A stretch of 64,000 nt of DNA from Gammaproteobacteria bacterium (GTDB taxonomy: Bacteria > Pseudomonadota > Gammaproteobacteria > Eutrophobiales > Eutrophobiaceae), in assembly GCA_965226155.1 (NCBI GenBank), contig OZ245331.1, forward strand, positions 1,082,605-1,146,604, in the 5' to 3' direction. The notes under the pieces are model-generated. The model saw only the letters and a program-made list of their open reading frames with translations, ran no database searches and was not told the DNA's origin. Both the position numbers and the translations under genes were made by a program. Positions 61,300 to 64,000 of this stretch are shown here, piece by piece (position 1 is the first letter of the stretch; every line of letters starts with the position of its first letter).

Positions 61300-62139
61300 T
61301 TAGCTCGGGGTCAGATCACGTTTAAGATTTTTTAGTGCATTTTGTTCAAGCTGTCTGATTCGCTCAGCCGACACACTAAATTTCAGGGCTAACTCTTGCA
61401 AAGTTGTTTTGTCAGAATTTAACCATCGTCGCTGGATAATTTCCTTGCTGCGATCATCAAGAGTACGTAACGTAGACACAAGCCGCACGTGGTCAACAGC
61501 TTCAGTCTGCCTATGCTCAATTTCTTCTTCCGGGCCAGGACGTTGATCCTCAAGATACGCAGCAGGTGTGAAAGGTATATCATCATCCTCGGTCAAAGGG
61601 CTTTCAAGCGACGCGTCATAAGACGCCATTCTTTTTTCCATCTCTAGTACATCACGAGTTTGAACGCCGAGATCCTTTGCGACAGATTCAACTTCCTCGC
61701 TATTTAACCAGCCCAGTCTCTTCTTTGTTGATCTAAGGTTGAAAAAGAGTTTTCGTTGAGCCTTGGTAGTGGCTATTTTGACAATTCGCCAGTTACGCAA
61801 GATATACTCGTGCATCTCTGCTCTGATCCAGTGGACAGCATAAGAAACCAGTCTTACCCCATAATCAGGATCAAATCGTTTAACTGCTTTCATTAAGCCG
61901 ATATTTCCTTCCTGTATCAGATCCGCCTGTGGTAGTCCGTAGCCACTGTACCCGCGAGCCACCTTGACCACGAAACGCAGATGAGACAAAACAAGCTGAC
62001 GAGCCGCCTCCAGGTCACCTTCATCCCGAAATCGTCTGGTCAATTCCTGTTCCTGCTCAGCAGGGATCATGGGAATAGAGTTAACCCCTTGTATATAGGC
62101 TTCAAGTGAGCCGCTGGGTAAAGCTAGTTGTAAGTCCAT
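61300..62139 (-). CDS. rpoH: RNA polymerase sigma-32 (heat shock) factor
   Basis: 279 aa; region 2 [18 protein letters not shown], RpoH box QRKLFFNLR, region 4 HTH; follows ftsYEX as in E. coli. Confidence 0.95.
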   Translation of the reverse strand: MDLQLALPSGSLEAYIQGVNSIPMIPAEQEQELTRRFRDEGDLEAARQLVLSHLRFVVKVARGYSGYGLPQADLIQEGNIGLMKAVKRFDPDYGVRLVSYAVHWIRAEMHEYILRNWRIVKIATTKAQRKLFFNLRSTKKRLGWLNSEEVESVAKDLGVQTRDVLEMEKRMASYDASLESPLTEDDDIPFTPAAYLEDQRPGPEEEIEHRQTEAVDHVRLVSTLRTLDDRSKEIIQRRWLNSDKTTLQELALKFSVSAERIRQLEQNALKNLKRDLTPS

Positions 62140-62173
62140 GATAGTAATCCGGTTGTTTGATTTATATTGTTAA

Positions 62174-62204
62174 TATTAGCACTCAACGAGTTAGAGTGCT
62201 AATA
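62174..62204. promoter_or_regulatory. Perfect 11-bp inverted repeat TATTAGCACTC-N9-GAGTGCTAATA in the ftsX-rpoH spacer
   Basis: Seen in sequence 65 nt upstream of the rpoH start; flanking runs are on the wrong side for a minus-strand intrinsic terminator, so an operator or attenuator-like element is more plausible. Confidence 0.3.
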
Positions 62205-62251
62205 AAAAATTGAGTTCCCTATGTCCAGGTTATTAATTAAATAACAATAAC

Positions 62252-63217
62252 TTACATAGGTTCAACTTCACGTAGGTGTCGTTGGACTGCTAACCAGGAG
62301 CCAAACAGGCCTAATCCACCCCCGCAGGTCATGAGAATACCCATTTCTCGCAAGCCTAGACCGGTCAGGGAAAAATCGCTGTTATAAAGAGTTGCCAGCT
62401 GACTGATAGGCCCGTGCATGATCATGATGGAGGTAATCAATATCAACCATGCAAAGATACTCCCAGTGAGACCATATAGTAATCCGGTATACAGAAATGG
62501 CCGTTGGATAAAAGAATTTGTAGCGCCGAATAATTTATTTATTTCAATTTCTGTACGCTTGTTAGTTATAGAGAGCCTAATTGTGTTGCCAATAATAAGC
62601 ACTACAGCAATAGACAATACACAGGCGAGTATAATGACAGACCTTTGTAATATTTTGAGTATTACTAATAATCGACTGACCCATTGACCATCAAACTGAG
62701 CAGATTCCACTTCCTCTAAACCGCTTAAATAATTAATTAAGATATCGCCCTGTTGTGTTGATAGTGCATCTGCACGAGGTTGTATTAGTAACAATGATGG
62801 CAGTGGATTTTCTTCAAGTGCATCGAGTGCTTCTGCGAAACCAGAAAGTTGCTTAAATTCTTCCAGAGCTTGATCTTTTGTAATTATACGAGTGGTATCT
62901 ATCATTTCATGCTCGGATAATTTTTTAATTAGTGAGTTAGCTTGATCACTATTTACGTCTGAATGTAGGTATAGAGTGATTTGAATCGTCCCTTCCCAGC
63001 CTTCCATTACTAGTTGAGCATTGTCGAGCATGAGATAAAATCCTGTTGGTAGAGCCAGAGATATACCGATTACGGCTATTGAAAAAAGACTGCCGACAGG
63101 ATTTTTTGATAACTGACCAAGACTAGCCAAAAATGATCGGACATGATGTGATATCCATATTCTAATAAACATTCCAGCGCTGGAACTGTTTTTCTTTGTT
63201 GTTCGTTGCTTATTCAT
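62252..63217 (-). CDS. ftsX: Cell division ABC transporter permease FtsX
   Basis: 321 aa; four TM with large periplasmic loop; downstream of ftsE. Confidence 0.9.
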   Translation of the reverse strand: MNKQRTTKKNSSSAGMFIRIWISHHVRSFLASLGQLSKNPVGSLFSIAVIGISLALPTGFYLMLDNAQLVMEGWEGTIQITLYLHSDVNSDQANSLIKKLSEHEMIDTTRIITKDQALEEFKQLSGFAEALDALEENPLPSLLLIQPRADALSTQQGDILINYLSGLEEVESAQFDGQWVSRLLVILKILQRSVIILACVLSIAVVLIIGNTIRLSITNKRTEIEINKLFGATNSFIQRPFLYTGLLYGLTGSIFAWLILITSIMIMHGPISQLATLYNSDFSLTGLGLREMGILMTCGGGLGLFGSWLAVQRHLREVEPM

Positions 63218-63891
63218 TAATCTGTACTGTCTTCAGTGCTGGTCAAGATTCTGCCGTTTTTTAGTGTGATTATCGGCTTTTTCATTTTTCTGATCATTTC
63301 GAGATCATGGCTTGCGACTAATACCGTTACACCTACCTGGTTGAATTGTTCGAACAGTTTCATGCTTTCCCAAGACAGTGCGGGATCTAGATTTCCGGTT
63401 GGTTCGTCAGCTAACAGAAGCGGAGGCCGGTGAACAACCGCCCTGGCTATCCCCACTCTCTGTTGTTCTCCACCAGACAAAGATAAGGGGTAGGATTTTT
63501 CGTTGGGCAGTAGCCCCACTTTGTCGAGTGCTGCATGGACACGTTTGCGAGCTTCCTGGTAGGAACAGTCTGCAACCACCATAGGTAAAGCAACGTTATC
63601 GAATACAGTTCTATCATTTAATAGTCTGTGGTCTTGAAACATGAATCCGATATTTCTTCGAAAAAGTGGGATGCGATTTCCTCTCACTCGCTCTAGGTTC
63701 TGGCTGTTGACAATTATTTGTCCTCTGGTGTGGCGTTCGATTAGAGCTATCAATCGCAACAGAGTTGTTTTGCCCGCACCAGATCGCCCAGTGACATAAA
63801 CCATAGCTCCTTGTTCAATTTCAAGGTTCATTCTTTCTAGCGCTTCTTTCCCTGTTCGATAGCGCATATGGACATCTGTAAAACGGATCAT
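63217..63891 (-). CDS. ftsE: Cell division ABC transporter ATP-binding protein FtsE
   Basis: 224 aa; Walker A GRSGAGKTTLL, signature LSGGEQQRVGIARA, Walker B LLLADEPTGNLD. Confidence 0.93.
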   Translation of the reverse strand: MIRFTDVHMRYRTGKEALERMNLEIEQGAMVYVTGRSGAGKTTLLRLIALIERHTRGQIIVNSQNLERVRGNRIPLFRRNIGFMFQDHRLLNDRTVFDNVALPMVVADCSYQEARKRVHAALDKVGLLPNEKSYPLSLSGGEQQRVGIARAVVHRPPLLLADEPTGNLDPALSWESMKLFEQFNQVGVTVLVASHDLEMIRKMKKPIITLKNGRILTSTEDSTD

Positions 63892-63899
63892 AATTCTCT

Positions 63900-64000
63900 A
63901 CCCAGCAATGCATTGACAAAAGGCTTAGCTTTAAACGGATTCAGATCAGTCATCTGTTCTCCTGCCGCAATATATCGTATTGGGATGCCAAGTTTGGCAG
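63900..64000 (-). CDS. ftsY: Signal recognition particle receptor FtsY, extreme C-terminus (gene continues right of the window)
   Basis: Manual translation of the minus strand gives ...AKLGIPIRYIAAGEQMTDLNPFKAKPFVNALLG*, matching the FtsY C-terminal consensus. Confidence 0.7.

Overview
The window is an origin-proximal stretch of a gammaproteobacterial chromosome with Pseudomonas-like gene order and a native GC of roughly 40-45%. The replication-origin arrangement is classic. mnmE, yidC, yidD, rnpA and rpmH run leftward on the minus strand. dnaA, dnaN, recF and gyrB run rightward on the plus strand.

Identifiable operons, left to right:
- lptB-rpoN-hpf-ptsN-rapZ-ptsO plus a GAF-less Enzyme I, giving a complete nitrogen-PTS
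- mgtE
- a DUF2782 gene and a LOG-family gene divergent from polA
- hisAFIE-tatABC
- ilvE
- an LPS-core/O-antigen-ligase glycosyltransferase cluster
- bioBFCD with a divergent comF
- heme-copper oxidase assembly genes (SURF1, ctaA, ctaB)
- an IS30-family insertion
- rpoH and ftsYEX

The most interesting structure is a high-GC block at roughly 42.3-55.7 kb. It carries one minus-strand operon encoding an aa3/caa3-type cytochrome c oxidase (coxB-coxA-ctaG-coxC) fused to a complete Alternative Complex III (actA-B1-B2-C-D-E-F) plus accessory genes. It sits next to a native-GC paralogous cox operon (37.5-41.9 kb) whose coxB, coxA and coxC are broken by frameshifts and in-frame TAG codons. An 87-nt actB 5' fragment at the island edge is about 80% identical to the island's own actB start, in inverted orientation.

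recF and comF carry frameshifts, and the IS30 transposase carries an amber codon. Every indel I could resolve sits in a homopolymer run, so read-level verification is needed before calling real decay. I found no tRNA or rRNA genes, CRISPR arrays or prophage.
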